Assembly (NCBI RefSeq): GCF_006345805.1
Contig: NC_043018.1
Location: 2,790,001-2,854,000 of the forward strand
Length of the DNA: 64,000 bases
Source: Octopus sinensis
Lineage: Eukaryota
Direction: 5' to 3'
In this document: positions 41,658 to 54,109 of the stretch, piece by piece
Layout of the letters: the number at the start of each line of letters is the position of its first letter
Numbering within the stretch: position 1 is the stretch's first letter
Position numbers and translations under genes: made by a program
The notes under the pieces: generated by a model
The model's database searches: none
Told to the model about the DNA's origin: nothing
Seen by the model: the letters and a program-made list of their open reading frames with translations, nothing else

Positions 41658-42249
41658 TGCGTAAGTACATTTGTATAACTATTTCTATTGAAAGAAATAC
41701 GTACATATGTACCGTTGTTTGTATGTATGTATGCATGTATGTATGTATGTATGTTTGCTTGTATGTATCTATGCATGCATGTATGCATGTATGTATGTGT
41801 GTATGTATGTGTGTATGTATGTATGCATCTCTTTATCTATCTTCTGTATCTGTATGTCGCCCTTTCACTCCCTCCCTCCTTCTCTCTCTCTCTCACTCTC
41901 TCTTATATATATATATATACACCTAAGAATGTATACACACGCACACATGTATTCACACGCATATATTTATGCTTGTTTATAATTGTTTTCGTATGCCTGT
42001 GTTAAATGTTTTTCATCCTCTTGATAATTATATCTTAATGACTCTTTTTCAGTGATTTCTTTATCTCTCAGCAGACTCGTTGTCTGTATTCAATTCACCT
42101 ATATTGCTTGCATCAGCTGTTCTCATGGATAATGTCTGAAGCATATTCATAAGTCGTCAATTTTTTTTCCCGTTTTCCCCTTCGTATCTGCGCATAGTCT
42201 GATAGAGATACCTACCGACTCGATTTTGAATCTCAATATATTCTTTTCT

Positions 42250-43770
42250 ACCCTAGGCACAAGGCCCGAAATTTTGGGGCAGGGTGCCAGTCAGTTAGAT
42301 TGACCTCGATACGAAACTAATACTGTATTTATCAACCCCGATTCGGCGGCGAATCTCACTAAATAAAGACGTTGTAAGGTAGCTAGCTGGCCGAATGGTT
42401 AGCATATCAGGCAAATTGCTTAGCTTCATTTCGTCTGTTTCGCATACTGAGTTCAAATTCCACCGAGGTCGAATTTGCTTTCCATTATTTTGGGGTCGAT
42501 AAAGTAAGTATTATTTGATCGACTTAACCCCTTCCCATGTCTTCCTGTCCTTGTGCCAAAAATTGAAACCGAGGTTGAATTTGCCTTTCATCCTTTCGGG
42601 ATCGATAGGATACATACCAGTCGAGTACTGTGGTCGATAAAATCGATTTACTCCCTTCGCAAAAACGTCTGGGTTCGTGCCGCGATTTGAAAACATTAAT
42701 TTTACGCAACTTTTAGAATTGCTATCCTGCCGGACAAACTACTTTCGTAGTGACATTTTCACTGGGACTATGTTCTGATTACTCGCCCCTTGTAAAGACT
42801 GGCACCGGGAAATAGAATTGTAAATAATATTGGTTTGAAATGCTAGCACAATGCTTGCCCTTTCGAAGTGGTCCGGGAAGTCGATTACATTGACCGCTGG
42901 TGTTCAGTGGATGTTTTACATTATTACGATAAAATTCAAAATCGATCCCGGCATCATTTGAACTCAGAACGATAATGTTGCTGGAAATGCTACCAAACTC
43001 CTTGTGCAGTGCGATAGCGATTTCGCCTTCTCCCTGCCTTATCGTTACAGACACTGCGACATCGTTAACTGATCTGAGCATGTAGCTTTCTTTATTCTGA
43101 TCTTATAGTTTACTGTATATAAGCACAGATATTACACAACACATTTCAGATATTTTGCTTCTACTTTTGGCCCAGAGCTTTTAAGGTCTTTTTGGCAACC
43201 AATCTCACTTATTTCTTATCTACTTAGACTTGCAGGTTAACAGCGATCTTTTCTTGGTTTTTGCACATTTTCCCCCCTCTATATTTGAATTGTTCTTTAT
43301 GATATTTCCTTCTTTTTATCATTTACAGTTGCAGCGTTTTTTTTCTATTCGTCTGTCCTAATCTGTTATATTATTGCTCTGTAATTAGCTTCTTGCTTGT
43401 ATTTTCTTGCTTCCTCACATACAAAAAAACATTTCTTTCTATTATAGTTTCTTATCACTCTAATGCGATACCATTTACTTGTTTTTTAGCCATTTTTTCT
43501 AATACCATTATTGGTGTTTTGTTGTAGAATTTCAGTTTGGTTATCATGGCACACTTCCAATGTGGAGATGTATAATCTTTATCGTTATGAGGTTTGTTAT
43601 TATTACTGAACTTGTAGCATTGCTAGCACGCCGAAGAAACTATTTAGTGACATTCTGTCTGGCTCTATATTTCGAGTCCAAACTTCCCAGATGTGGAATT
43701 TTCGGGGTCGATAAAATAACTACCAGTATAAGCTCTCTTCCAAAATGTTAGTTTTTATGCCTCTAGAAGA
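42250..43770. mobile_element. Cluster of about 5 SINE family B copies/fragments in both orientations
   Basis: Central domain or head seen at about 42250-42345 (-), 42385-42560 (+), 42560-42700 (+), 42930-43080 (-) and 43665-43770 (+). Confidence 0.7.
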
Positions 43771-43793
43771 ACGATTATCGTCATTGTTATTAT

Positions 43794-44230
43794 GGCGGCG
43801 AGCTGGTAGAATGGTAACCACGCCGGAAAAAAATGCTTAGAAGTATTTCGTTCGCGTAGGTGGCGAGCTTGCAGAAACGTTAGCACGCCGGGCGAAATGC
43901 GCAGCCGTTTTTCGGCTGTCGTTACGTTGTGAGTTCAATTTCCGCCGAGGTCGACTTTGCCTTTCATCCTTTCGGGGTCGATAAATTAAGCACCAGTTGC
44001 ACACTGGGGTCGATGTAATCGATTTAATACCTATGTCTGTCATTGTTTGTCCCTTCTATGTTTAGCCACTTGTGGCAAATAAAGAAATAGGTATTTCGTT
44101 CGCCTTTACGTATTGTATTCATATTTCGCCGAGGTTGTCTTTTCCATCTCTCAGAGTTGATAACAAAATAACAGTCAAGTACTTGGGTCCTTCTCCCCCA
44201 AAATTTCAGGCATTCGGCCTATAATAGTAG
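43794..44230 (+). mobile_element. SINE B inserted into the head of another SINE B, with a 13-bp TSD
   Basis: GTATTTCGTTCGC at 43843-43855 and 44091-44103 flanks a full inner copy (43859-44089). Confidence 0.8.
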
Positions 44231-44869
44231 GGCTTCATGTTACGGATCTTGTAGAAGCGCTAAAGTTATCAGAACTGACAAACTAGGGAAAAGAAAAACA
44301 TAGTCTGTAAAGAAGTATTGGATTGAAAGGTATACGGAGATCGAAATGACTATTGACTCTGACCCCTCCTCTTGGATTATAAGTTACCTACGATATGGTT
44401 TTAAGGGTATGTCATACTGCATTAAATTTTTACCCCGTGAAATTATGACCCCCTATATTGTTTTACTATAACATTTTTGTTTCTGGATATAAAATTATGA
44501 CCATGTAAATATTAAAATGTAATTCTTCAGTTTATTGCAAAAGTGATAAAAACAAGAGTGAATATTTATTTTAGGAGTGCTGTGTATTATTTCGATAAAA
44601 TTCTGCCTAAAGTATATTAAGGATATACATATAAAGTGCATTAAGTAATCATCGTATTCCAATTTCCTTTACTTTTTCAATGATTTGCAGATGAGTGACT
44701 ATCTTTTGATACAGCCACAACACAGGTTACGCTTTCAGTTATTTTGGATAAAGTTTTCAGGAATAACCAAAAAAGTCTACTATTAAATCTGTGAAATATT
44801 CACGGGTCCTGCTAGTTATTATTATTGTTATTATTATCATCATTATATTTATTATTATTATTATTATTA

Positions 44870-46201
44870 CTTTTTTTTTTCTTCTTTCAAATTTTCTTCC
44901 ATTTCTTGTCGAGTGTCTTCCCGACTCCTAGGGCAAAGAAACTCATAGTGTATATTGGTAGGCCATTAAACCAAACTCAGTAGTTCGTTCATTTTTTTTT
45001 TTTTTAAAGTTAAATTAAAATACATGAGCAGCAATAGTTCTCACATCGACAATGCTCTTCTCAATACGTGTGATGTACCAGTTAAGACAATCTTTTGCAC
45101 TTCTTGCAGGGATGGTAAGCCAGGGATCATTCTCATATAATTTTCGGTTCCCTTCTTGATCATTCCTAGTGCTCCTACGATCACTGGTATTGTAACCGCC
45201 TTGAGATGCCACATTTTCTCAATTTCAATGAGTAGGTCTTTATATTTTCTGAGCTTGTCAAACTCTTTCGCTGAGATATTATGAACACAGGGGATGCTCA
45301 TGTCGATCAATAAGCAAACTTTATTGTTTTGGTCTTTCACAACAATATCTGGTTTATTGGCCTTGATGGTTCGGTCTGTATGTACTGGAAAGTCCCACAG
45401 AATGGTTATATTTTCTCCTTCAGTTACAGCCTCAGGGTGGTGATTATACAACTTGTCGGCAGTTTTGATATTGTAATGCCGACTTATTAGCCAGTGGAGA
45501 TATTGGCCAACTCTGTCATGTCTTAATTTATACTCCACTGGTGCTAAGACTTTACATCCAGAGATTAGGTGGTCCACTGTTTCAATCATGTCGTTGCAGA
45601 ATCGGCATTTTGGGTCTGCTCCATTTTTCATCACATTGGCCTGGTAGTTCCGGGTTGATAGGCTTTGGTCTTGAGCAGCCAGGATGAAACCTTCGCTCTC
45701 TGCTTTTAGCCCTGAGCTCCGCAGCCACTGATGGGTTTGCTTCTGGTCAACATCAGCTTGTTTGCTGCGGGTCACATATTTGCCGTGCAGAGGTTTCTCC
45801 TCCCACCTATCAGCCAATTGCTCGTGCGCGTTTTTCATTGCCATCATTTTCACCTTCTTTGCAACAATAGTTGCCGTACTTCCCTCGGGTGTATTCAGTT
45901 TGGGTATCCTGCACGAGATCAATAGCAAATTTTTTGCTTTCCTTGATGATAGAATGACGCTTCTTTCGTCTCTCGTGATTTTCCACGAGCTTTAGCATCC
46001 AGTCATTCGATATTTCGAGATATTTGGCCAGTCCAATTGTGGTTGTTTTGTAAGCTAGTTCAAATTGGATCAGGCCTCGACCTCCTTGGGCTCTGGGAAG
46101 GTAAAGGCGATCTACGTCTGCCTTTGGGTGGTGCATCCTATTACAACTCAGCAGCTTGCGTATTTTTCTATCTATATTCTTTACTTCACTCATATTCCAG
46201 T

Positions 46202-46203
<2 letters not shown>
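44870..46203 (-). mobile_element. Young 5'-truncated R4/Dong-type RLE LINE flanked on both sides by (TAA)n
   Basis: ORFs 46205-45810 and 45928-45041 join through one frameshift near 45900. (ATT)n at 44815-44870 and 46204-46310. Confidence 0.95.
45041..45928 (-). CDS. C-terminal part of R4/Dong ORF: CCHC zinc knuckle plus restriction-like endonuclease
   Basis: RWEEKPLHGKY, EGFILAAQDQSL, CRFCNDMIETVDHLISGC, RHDRVGQYLHW, KPDIVV..LIDMSIP..KLRKYKDL. The frame is open but belongs to a truncated element. Confidence 0.85.
   Translation of the reverse strand: MLLISCRIPKLNTPEGSTATIVAKKVKMMAMKNAHEQLADRWEEKPLHGKYVTRSKQADVDQKQTHQWLRSSGLKAESEGFILAAQDQSLSTRNYQANVMKNGADPKCRFCNDMIETVDHLISGCKVLAPVEYKLRHDRVGQYLHWLISRHYNIKTADKLYNHHPEAVTEGENITILWDFPVHTDRTIKANKPDIVVKDQNNKVCLLIDMSIPCVHNISAKEFDKLRKYKDLLIEIEKMWHLKAVTIPVIVGALGMIKKGTENYMRMIPGLPSLQEVQKIVLTGTSHVLRRALSM

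Positions 46204-46205
<2 letters not shown>
45810..46205 (-). pseudogene. RT thumb/linker part of the same R4/Dong ORF (upstream of the frameshift)
   Basis: IDRKIRKLL..HHPKADVDRLYLPRAQGGRGL. Confidence 0.9.
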
Positions 46206-46296
<91 letters not shown>

Positions 46297-46384
46297 ATTA
46301 TTATTGTTATTATTATTGCTGTTGTTGTTGTTGTCGTCGTCGTCGTCGTCGTCGTTGTTGCTATATAATAAATTAAATACTGGC

Positions 46385-47770
46385 TGAGTACCTCCGGTTT
46401 GTTCCCTGAGGTGTCCTTTCTTTCCAGCTACTTCCTTCTTGAATTCCGTTTCCGGTTTAGTAAATTCATGGACATTTCCGGTCGCCATTGCATTTTATCT
46501 CACAATATAAAACAAAGAGTTTGAAACCAGTGCTGTGGAACTATTGATGACTTTCTTGTTTAGCAATCCTATATCGCTATTTAGCCCTAGGAAGCATCGA
46601 CGCTTCCTGTCGGCCTTGTCACATTTCCTGTGTCCTTTTATATAAAAATTTTTTTTAATATATAAGGACACAGGAAATGTGTCAAGGCCGACAGAAAGCG
46701 TCGATGCTTCGTAGGGCTAAGTAGCGGTGATGTAATTCCCTTTACGGGACTGTCACATTAAGTTGACAGTATACAACCACTCTATCGCTCCACCACCGCA
46801 CATATCTCTATGAGATATTTAGAGATTAGATAATCCTATATCAACATCCTTTTTCGGTGGCTAGAATCCATCGATATGTTTCTAAGTTGATGAGAATCCT
46901 GCATTCTGACCAACGTCCTATTTATTCGTATTTATGTCGCTCAGCTTTTGTACTTATTAGGACAGGAGCATTTATCTTATGACTGCTTTGATATATTTCG
47001 AACACGTTACTCGTGCTTTCCTTCCGCTGGTTTTTCGCTCTCATTTCTGCTTTCACTGGCATATTATTTTGCATTGCCTTTACAAGCATTTATCTCTCAC
47101 TATTTCTTGGAGATTTGATGATATCTTCTCGGAATTTTGCATCAGAATTTATATTTATGCTTCTCTACATAATCAACATTTCCCGTTTATTTACTGCGAC
47201 ATAGACAGCAATATGCGTTTAGAATAGAGAATCCAGGTCTTTTTGAGTTTTGAATACAGTTTGAAGTCGCCTATGACCAGCAGATTATTCATTTTCACCC
47301 TTGTTTTGGCAGACTTATCGGCAGACCTGGATTATTCCAGAATTGCTTTTCAGAAGGATTAACGCCAAGATGAATATCAATGGAGAAAGTAAATCTTCTT
47401 AAAATATCCCACGCTAAGGTTTACGTTTCCTCGCAATTTATTGGAGTATGTTATTTTAATTCTCGTCAATCTTGTTGATTTTGTAAATCTTTCCATTGAC
47501 TGAGGGCGTTTCCAGACGCTCCGAGAGCTAGCGTTTGCTGAATTGTAATTCCTCTTGTAAGCGATCTAGACAACGTCTTAGTATATCTTTCTTATTCCTC
47601 TTGACTTTCAAGTTCCCTTTGACTTCTTTTTGCATTCATCTTCCACTTCTAGCAACAGATTCTCCTTTCTTCAGAAATTATTACCAGTGCAATATAAAAC
47701 TTATAATAGATCTATATTCACTGATTTCCTCGTTTTTCTGGGGTTTTTTTCTGTATGAGCACTGTTTTTC
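46385..47770 (-). pseudogene. Older decayed R4/Dong RT copy, interrupted by a palindrome
   Basis: Ordered relics: VLIQK..YRSI, GIF.EDLLSPLIF (GIFQGDSLSPL), KMNNLLVIGDFKLYSK (HLL.MDDLKLY), HPK.DVDRL and W.KE.....G near 46420. Confidence 0.7.
46574..46730. repeat. Near-perfect palindrome, ~70-bp arms around an AT-only loop
   Basis: cgctatttagccctaggaagcatcgacgcttcctgtcggccttgtcacatttcctgtgtcctt / aaggacacaggaaatgtgtcaaggccgacagaaagcgtcgatgcttcgtagggctaagtagcg. Confidence 0.92.
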
Positions 47771-47953
47771 CTAAAGCATACAGAATGGTGACAAAATTTT
47801 CAACCGGAATCACTGAACAACATCTGGTCTAGTGATACACCAATTTGGCATATACTTAAACATTCCTTTTCCTTTTCCGTCTGTAATAAATTTTATTATC
47901 AACAATATTATATTATTAATACTATCATTATCATAATTAATTTATCATTACTA

Positions 47954-48360
47954 GGTAGTGGGTAGCGATTTTCTTCACTACTTCAGGCAGTGACGACCCT
48001 GTCTGACACGAGTCACGGGCTCAGCTGGCTCAAGCTGATAGTACCCGGTATGGGCCCCTATCCAGGGTTACGGAAAGAGACGACCTGCAGAAAACCCGGA
48101 GTGGAGCCTCATAGGCGGTTTAGTGTTCGACTCGACACTCTTCCGGCAGCTCCTGCAACGAAGCTGGTGCCAAATGTAATGCTCTGCACTCCTTTGGACT
48201 ACGTCAGCAAGGTCGAGAGTGGATTCCTGACAATTGGGCTACCCAGGATTTTCTCACTTCTAGCCCAGACCTGCGCAAAACTTGAGAGGAAACGAAATGT
48301 AAAAACCAAACTGCATTAGTTTATGCGCAACTCCATTGTCTACCGAGACAAAAGGATGCC
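47954..48360 (+). mobile_element. 5' UTR fragment of an RTE-clade LINE
   Basis: GC-rich block with gaaaacccggagtggagcc..aggcggtt, ggcagctcctgca..aagctggtgccaaa and ggtcgagag.gga.tcctga..tgggc.acccagga, which I recognise from RTE 5' UTRs (from memory). Confidence 0.6.
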
Positions 48361-48501
48361 AACAACTACGTAACGCATTCTGATATATTATTAATTCTTC
48401 CATGGTTAGGCATTCGTATGTTGAGAGCATAAGTAAATTGATGCTTATTAAATCAACCGTACTACCTATATAATTGTTCCGAATATTTGCGTCTTTATTC
48501 T

Positions 48502-49015
48502 ATACTAGCAGTATCGCCCGGCGTTGCTCGGGTTTCTAAGGGAAATAACTATATAAGCATTTTTAGAGAGTTACTTCCCTTATAGATGCCAATTCGGGCT
48601 TTCTTAGCCATTTGTTTTGGTGTCTTCAAGCCATGAAGTCGTTGTTCTAAAAGAACGCTGGTCTCCTTGACAACGCTTTACGACGTTGATTTCCTTACAC
48701 TCCCTTCCCCACAGCTTCACGAGGGAGGGAAGAAGGGGGAGAAGCAAAAGGTGCAGGTGTGACCATGGACGCCAACTCCGCCGCCATCGACACACGAAAA
48801 ATTATGCATTAAAATGGAATAAAAAATGATGTTAAGTTATTTTTTAAATCGTAGACTCATCGTAGACGCGCGCTAATACTCAGACGGGCTCGATATGAAT
48901 CACGACTTTAAGATACCTGAATTTGGTTAAACTGCACCGCAAAATGTGGGAGTAGTTAGGAATCTAAATCGAAGGGGACAGACACTCACACAACTACAGT
49001 TTTATATATATAGAT
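48502..49015 (+). mobile_element. Non-autonomous Helentron/HINE (Lep1/DINE-1-like) element
   Basis: 5' ATACTAG plus hairpin CCCG-GCGTTGCT-CGGG; 3' gacagacactcacac...cagttttatatatatagat. No TSD seen. Confidence 0.6.
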
Positions 49016-49874
49016 TAGATTCCTGCTTTTGAGACGCAGGTCATAAATTTCATTTCAGTGACAACATGATATTAAGCCAGCCTTGGAAAACAAGCGTGGA
49101 AGTACCAAACATTAATAAAGGTACGTAATGTTTTCAAGAAATATATAGTCACTTGTCTTTCTAATTTCTTCAAGGTATATGTGTCTTTCTTAATAAACAA
49201 GTTGAGGCAACTGCAAGTAGTAAGTTAGCCATATTTCTGACATGTCATAATGTTTATAATTCAATATCTAACTCAATGTACTTGCTTAGATTTCCAGCTA
49301 GATTGTGCACCATATTGTATTCCTTTCGATGTCGATTAGGAACACTATTGATATTTTCTTATGAAAAATGATATCTGGCGTATTATGTGCCAACTGGCCA
49401 ACTGTATTCTGACACCGGTACAACACTAGATATATACAGATATCTGTAACATGTACAGATATCTGTATATATCTGTACATATACGTGTGTATATGTATGT
49501 GAGTGTACATGTGTTTGTATCTGTGTGTGTGTCTGTAAGCATTTTGCGATTCTAAGACATATGGAGATTAAAATACGCAATATATATATTTTCCTTTGCG
49601 TAATCAGTAGAAACAGAGTCGCCAAGTTTTACAGATGAGTTTCGTAATTTTCGAAATGGACGTTGACAACTTGTACATGAACATGTAGTATCTCATGGAA
49701 TATTATATTTGGATAATTATTTAGCTGCATATATGTGTATGAGTGTGTTTGGGTACGTATATATATATATATATGCGTGTGTGTAAGTGTGTATTTGTGT
49801 GTATGTATGTATATATGGGGGTGTGTATATGTGTGTGTGTGTATATGTGTATGTGAGCAGTAATATTTTAATCT

Positions 49875-50225
49875 TTTATCTTTTACATGTTTCAGTCATT
49901 AGAGTGCGGCCACGCTGGGGCACAATCTAAAAGAATTTTAGTGGGATTATCGACCACAGTTACTTTTTTGTTAAGTTTGATACTTATTGTATCTGTGCTG
50001 TTTGGCGAACCACTAAGTCACGAGACATAAACACATCCACACTGGTTGTCAAGCGATGGTTGATAAGGAACACATGCACAAAGACACACACAATCCCTCA
50101 CATCCACACACACACACACATATAGAGGTTATGGTAGAAGACATTTGCGCAAGGTGTCATTGAGTGTAACTGAACCCGGAACCATGTGCTTAGGAAGCAA
50201 ACTCCTTACCACACAGCTACGTCTG
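49875..50225 (-). mobile_element. Diverged SINE family A
   Basis: Both halves are recognisable (tttcagtcatt..ggccacgctgg; gaacccggaaccatgtg..ccacacagc). Confidence 0.7.
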
Positions 50226-50439
50226 TAACGAGTGCGAGCAGTTTACTGAGGACTACGAGTGTGATTCAGACAAATTACGGGGCTCTGATGTTGAGTAAAC
50301 GTAGAAAGAGAACGACGGCGATTGGATTTTGATAAACGAATACATAAGACATACATACAAACATATATACGAATACACGTATAAACACACAAATGCAATA
50401 GGCATGTGTGTACTTTTAGATACATATAGAAGATCGATA

Positions 50440-50641
50440 GTTAGGTAGGCAGACAGACAGGCAAACAGATAGAGAGATAGATAGATATATAGACAGGTAG
50501 ATAGATTCAGCTAGAGAGAGAGATAGCTAGCTAGATAGAGAGATAGAGGGATAGATATATAGACAGGTAGATAGACTCAGCTAGAGAGAGAGATAGCTAG
50601 CTAGATAGATAAATATATAGGTAGATAAATATATAGATAGG

Positions 50642-50713
<72 letters not shown>

Positions 50714-50878
50714 TAGATAGATAGACAGATAGATAGATAGATAGATTGATAGACACAGATAGATAGATAGAAAAACAGATAGATAGATAGACAGATAGAT
50801 AGATAGATTGATAGACACAGATAGATAGATAGACAGATAAATAGATAGACAGTTAGATAGATAGATAGATAGACAGAC

Positions 50879-50946
<68 letters not shown>

Positions 50947-50978
50947 TGATTGATAGACACAGATAGATAGATAGGTAT

Positions 50979-51047
<69 letters not shown>

Positions 51048-51050
51048 GAT
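50440..51050. repeat. Long (GATA)n/(GACA)n microsatellite
   Basis: Directly visible. Confidence 0.95.
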
Positions 51051-51198
51051 GTATATTACACTTCATTGATTTTTGTACGGCTTGATGCTAAAAACAATGG
51101 ACGATCGTAGGAGTATTTATAGATATAAATACACCCACACGCGCATATGTACATACAAACGCACACACACTCGCACGAACACACACACACACACACAC

Positions 51199-51270
<72 letters not shown>

Positions 51271-51994
51271 CAGTGTTTGTGTATTAGGAAATCCAGCTGC
51301 AGCCGAGAACGAAAAAAGAGACTGATGTTTTTTGCCAAAATGGAGAGGAGCACAGATTTTATTCGTTTTCAAGCGATGTTCTTCAGGATTATATAGAACG
51401 TCCATTCGTTATTCAACAGGAAGTATGAATAAATGAGAAGACGACATCAACGAGCATATGAATGTCTATCTTTCATACTTTACTTATTAATTGTTTTTTT
51501 TTTATGTTATTAATAATTGTTATTGCTGCTGGTAGAGTTGTTGTTTGGTTTCATATCATTCCTGATCGAACATAACTATTATCAAAGGCCAAATAAATTA
51601 GTTCATGTCTCTGTTATTATTTCTTCCCGTCATGGTATCCGCGAAACTACGTTGAAGGTTTCGTGAATTTTCTCTCTGCATAGAGATTTAGTGGTTATTT
51701 CCGGAAGCTGTTTTGTTGGAGCATTCATTTTGTCTTATTTATTTAACTACCGAGTCGTAGTTATTGTTCTTGTTGCTCTTGTTGTTGTCGCTATTGAGTG
51801 ATTATGTATCTGCTACATTTGTTTGATTTACATTCTTTAGAATTTCCATCTAAATTTTCCGAAAGGCCTTCGCCATTTGTTGATCTTTTCCATAATATTA
51901 TCAGCACCCACCTCTTTCTGATCCTCTCATAAATCTCATCCACCACCCTTACGTTTCCTAATATTCTTACACCCACGTATCCTCTTCTTTATAC

Positions 51995-52910
51995 TTATCA
52001 TCATCATCATCATCATCATCATCATCTCATCCCCATCATCATCGGCGTCGTCGTCATCGTCATCAACATCATGTCCTTCATCATCATCAATTGTCGTCAT
52101 ATTCATCATCATCAACCCCCGCAACAAACTCCTCCTCATCCTCCTCCTCATCATCACCATCTCCGCTTTCATCAATACCAGTATAAACTCCATCATTATA
52201 ATCTTTAACAACTCCTCCTCCTCTACGACCACTATCACCACCACGACGACGACACCACCACCACCACGACGACCACCACCACTAACATAATCGTAGCCAT
52301 TATCATCATCAACATCCACATAAATCATCCCCGTTGCCATCGTTCCTACAAAGAACAGCACCAACACTGTTACCATCGTTGTTATCCACATAAAGGCCAC
52401 CACCGCAGCCACAATCTCTCCTTGCAACAACACCTTGGCAATCCCCGCAATCAACGACCAACATCAACAAGACCATCTCCACCGTCAACTCCATCATCTG
52501 CATTCCTGTCATCGCCAACCTCTTCCTTCCACACCTCGCCGTCGTCGTCGTTGTCATCATCATCATTATCATCATGATCATGATTATCATCATCATCATC
52601 ATCATTCCCTTCTTCCACTATCTCCACATCCACTTCTTCCACCTCCTCTTCCTCCTCCTTCGTCAACTCTCCACTTCTTTTCTTTCCCTAATCCACCACC
52701 ACCACCACCACCACCACCACCACCACCAAACAACACCAACACCACCAGCACCACCAAACAACATTACCACCACCGCTTCCGCTACCACGACGAAAACGAC
52801 GACGACGACCACCACCACCATCATCCTCTTCCTCATGATCTTCCTCATCATTATCTCCTTTATCATTTTCCTTCCCATCGCCCCCGCCACCCCATATACC
52901 CTCCACCACC
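51995..52910. repeat. Degenerate trinucleotide mosaic (CAT/CAC/CCT/GAC/CGT)n
   Basis: Directly visible; produces the low-complexity ORFs. Confidence 0.85.
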
Positions 52911-53161
52911 ATTTTTGTACTCTTAAGCTCTCATATCTTTCCCGTTAATCTCATTCCATTTCACATTGTTCACTTTGCAATTTTATCGCAGATTCATTTT
53001 GTTCTGTTAATTCGCGTTGTTATTGTTATCGCGATAACTCGGCACTGATTATTATTCTAATAATAACGCGGTTCATGATAATTAAGCAATAATTAAAGAA
53101 TAATAAACACGATTTCTTATACGTATATCTCTCACACTACTACTACTACTACTACTACTAC

Positions 53162-53207
<46 letters not shown>

Positions 53208-53377
53208 AGCACTACTACTACTACTACTACAACTACTACTACCACTAATACTGTTAATGCTACAACCACTACCACTGTTGCTGCTGTTGCTGCTACTACT
53301 ACTACTACTACCACTACTACTACTACAATTAATAATAATATTTTAAAAGCATAGACGCAAATCTTCACAAAAGCAAA

Positions 53378-54049
53378 CAGTCAAGACGAAGAGCGCGATT
53401 CGATTGTAATAGATATTTTATTGGTTGAACGATATTTCTTTGAAGGAAGTCTGTCTTTGTCGCTTTCAAAATAAGAAGTGATAAAAATTCAAAATTATAG
53501 AAATTTAAATGCAAATTATGAACGAAAGCAACCAGCGGCCAAACGATGATGGAATAACATCATCAGTCTTCAAGTCTCAATCAATAAGCGAAAGGAAAAA
53601 TACAGAAAGAAAGAGAGACATGACTTAAAAGTGTATCTTCTCAGAAGATATTCTGAATCTGCTTCACTTTCACTACACAGAATGCATGAGGAGAAATATT
53701 TTTGGGTTATTAAGATCACGCTCTGGAGGAATGAATAAAATGACAGGAGAATATCATCAAATTTATACAAAAATGTTTGATTAAATATTCTCCTTTCCCG
53801 TTTTTTTTTCCTCTTTCTTTCTGTCTTTTTTTTTCTTTCTGTCCGATAATTGAAACTTAAAGAGTGATGATGTCATTCCGTCAACCTTTGGACGCCGGTT
53901 GCTCTCGTTCATACTTTGAATTTAAATTTCTATAATTTTCAATTTCTTTCATTTCTTATTTTGAACTCGACAAAGACAGACTTTCTGACGAAATATTGTC
54001 CAACCAATAAAATATCAGTTACAATCGAATCGTGCTCTTCGTCTTGACT

Positions 54050-54050
<1 letters not shown>
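53378..54050. mobile_element. Foldback element with ~245-bp imperfect TIRs starting CAGTC (Tc1/mariner-like end)
   Basis: 53378-53625 matches the reverse complement of about 53805-54050; the right end is followed by TA. Confidence 0.8.

Positions 54051-54106
<56 letters not shown>

Positions 54107-54109
<3 letters not shown>

Noticed and set aside
46392-46488. Apparent first exon MATGNVHEFTKPETEFKKEVAGKKGHLREQTG with a good Kozak context and GT donor
   Set aside because: Its position and residual W.KE...G motif fit the continuation of the decayed Dong ORF (47770 to 46385) once the palindrome is removed.
51936-52948. Long low-complexity ORFs (poly-H/P/D/M)
   Set aside because: A trinucleotide mosaic open in several frames on both strands, with no splice or domain evidence.
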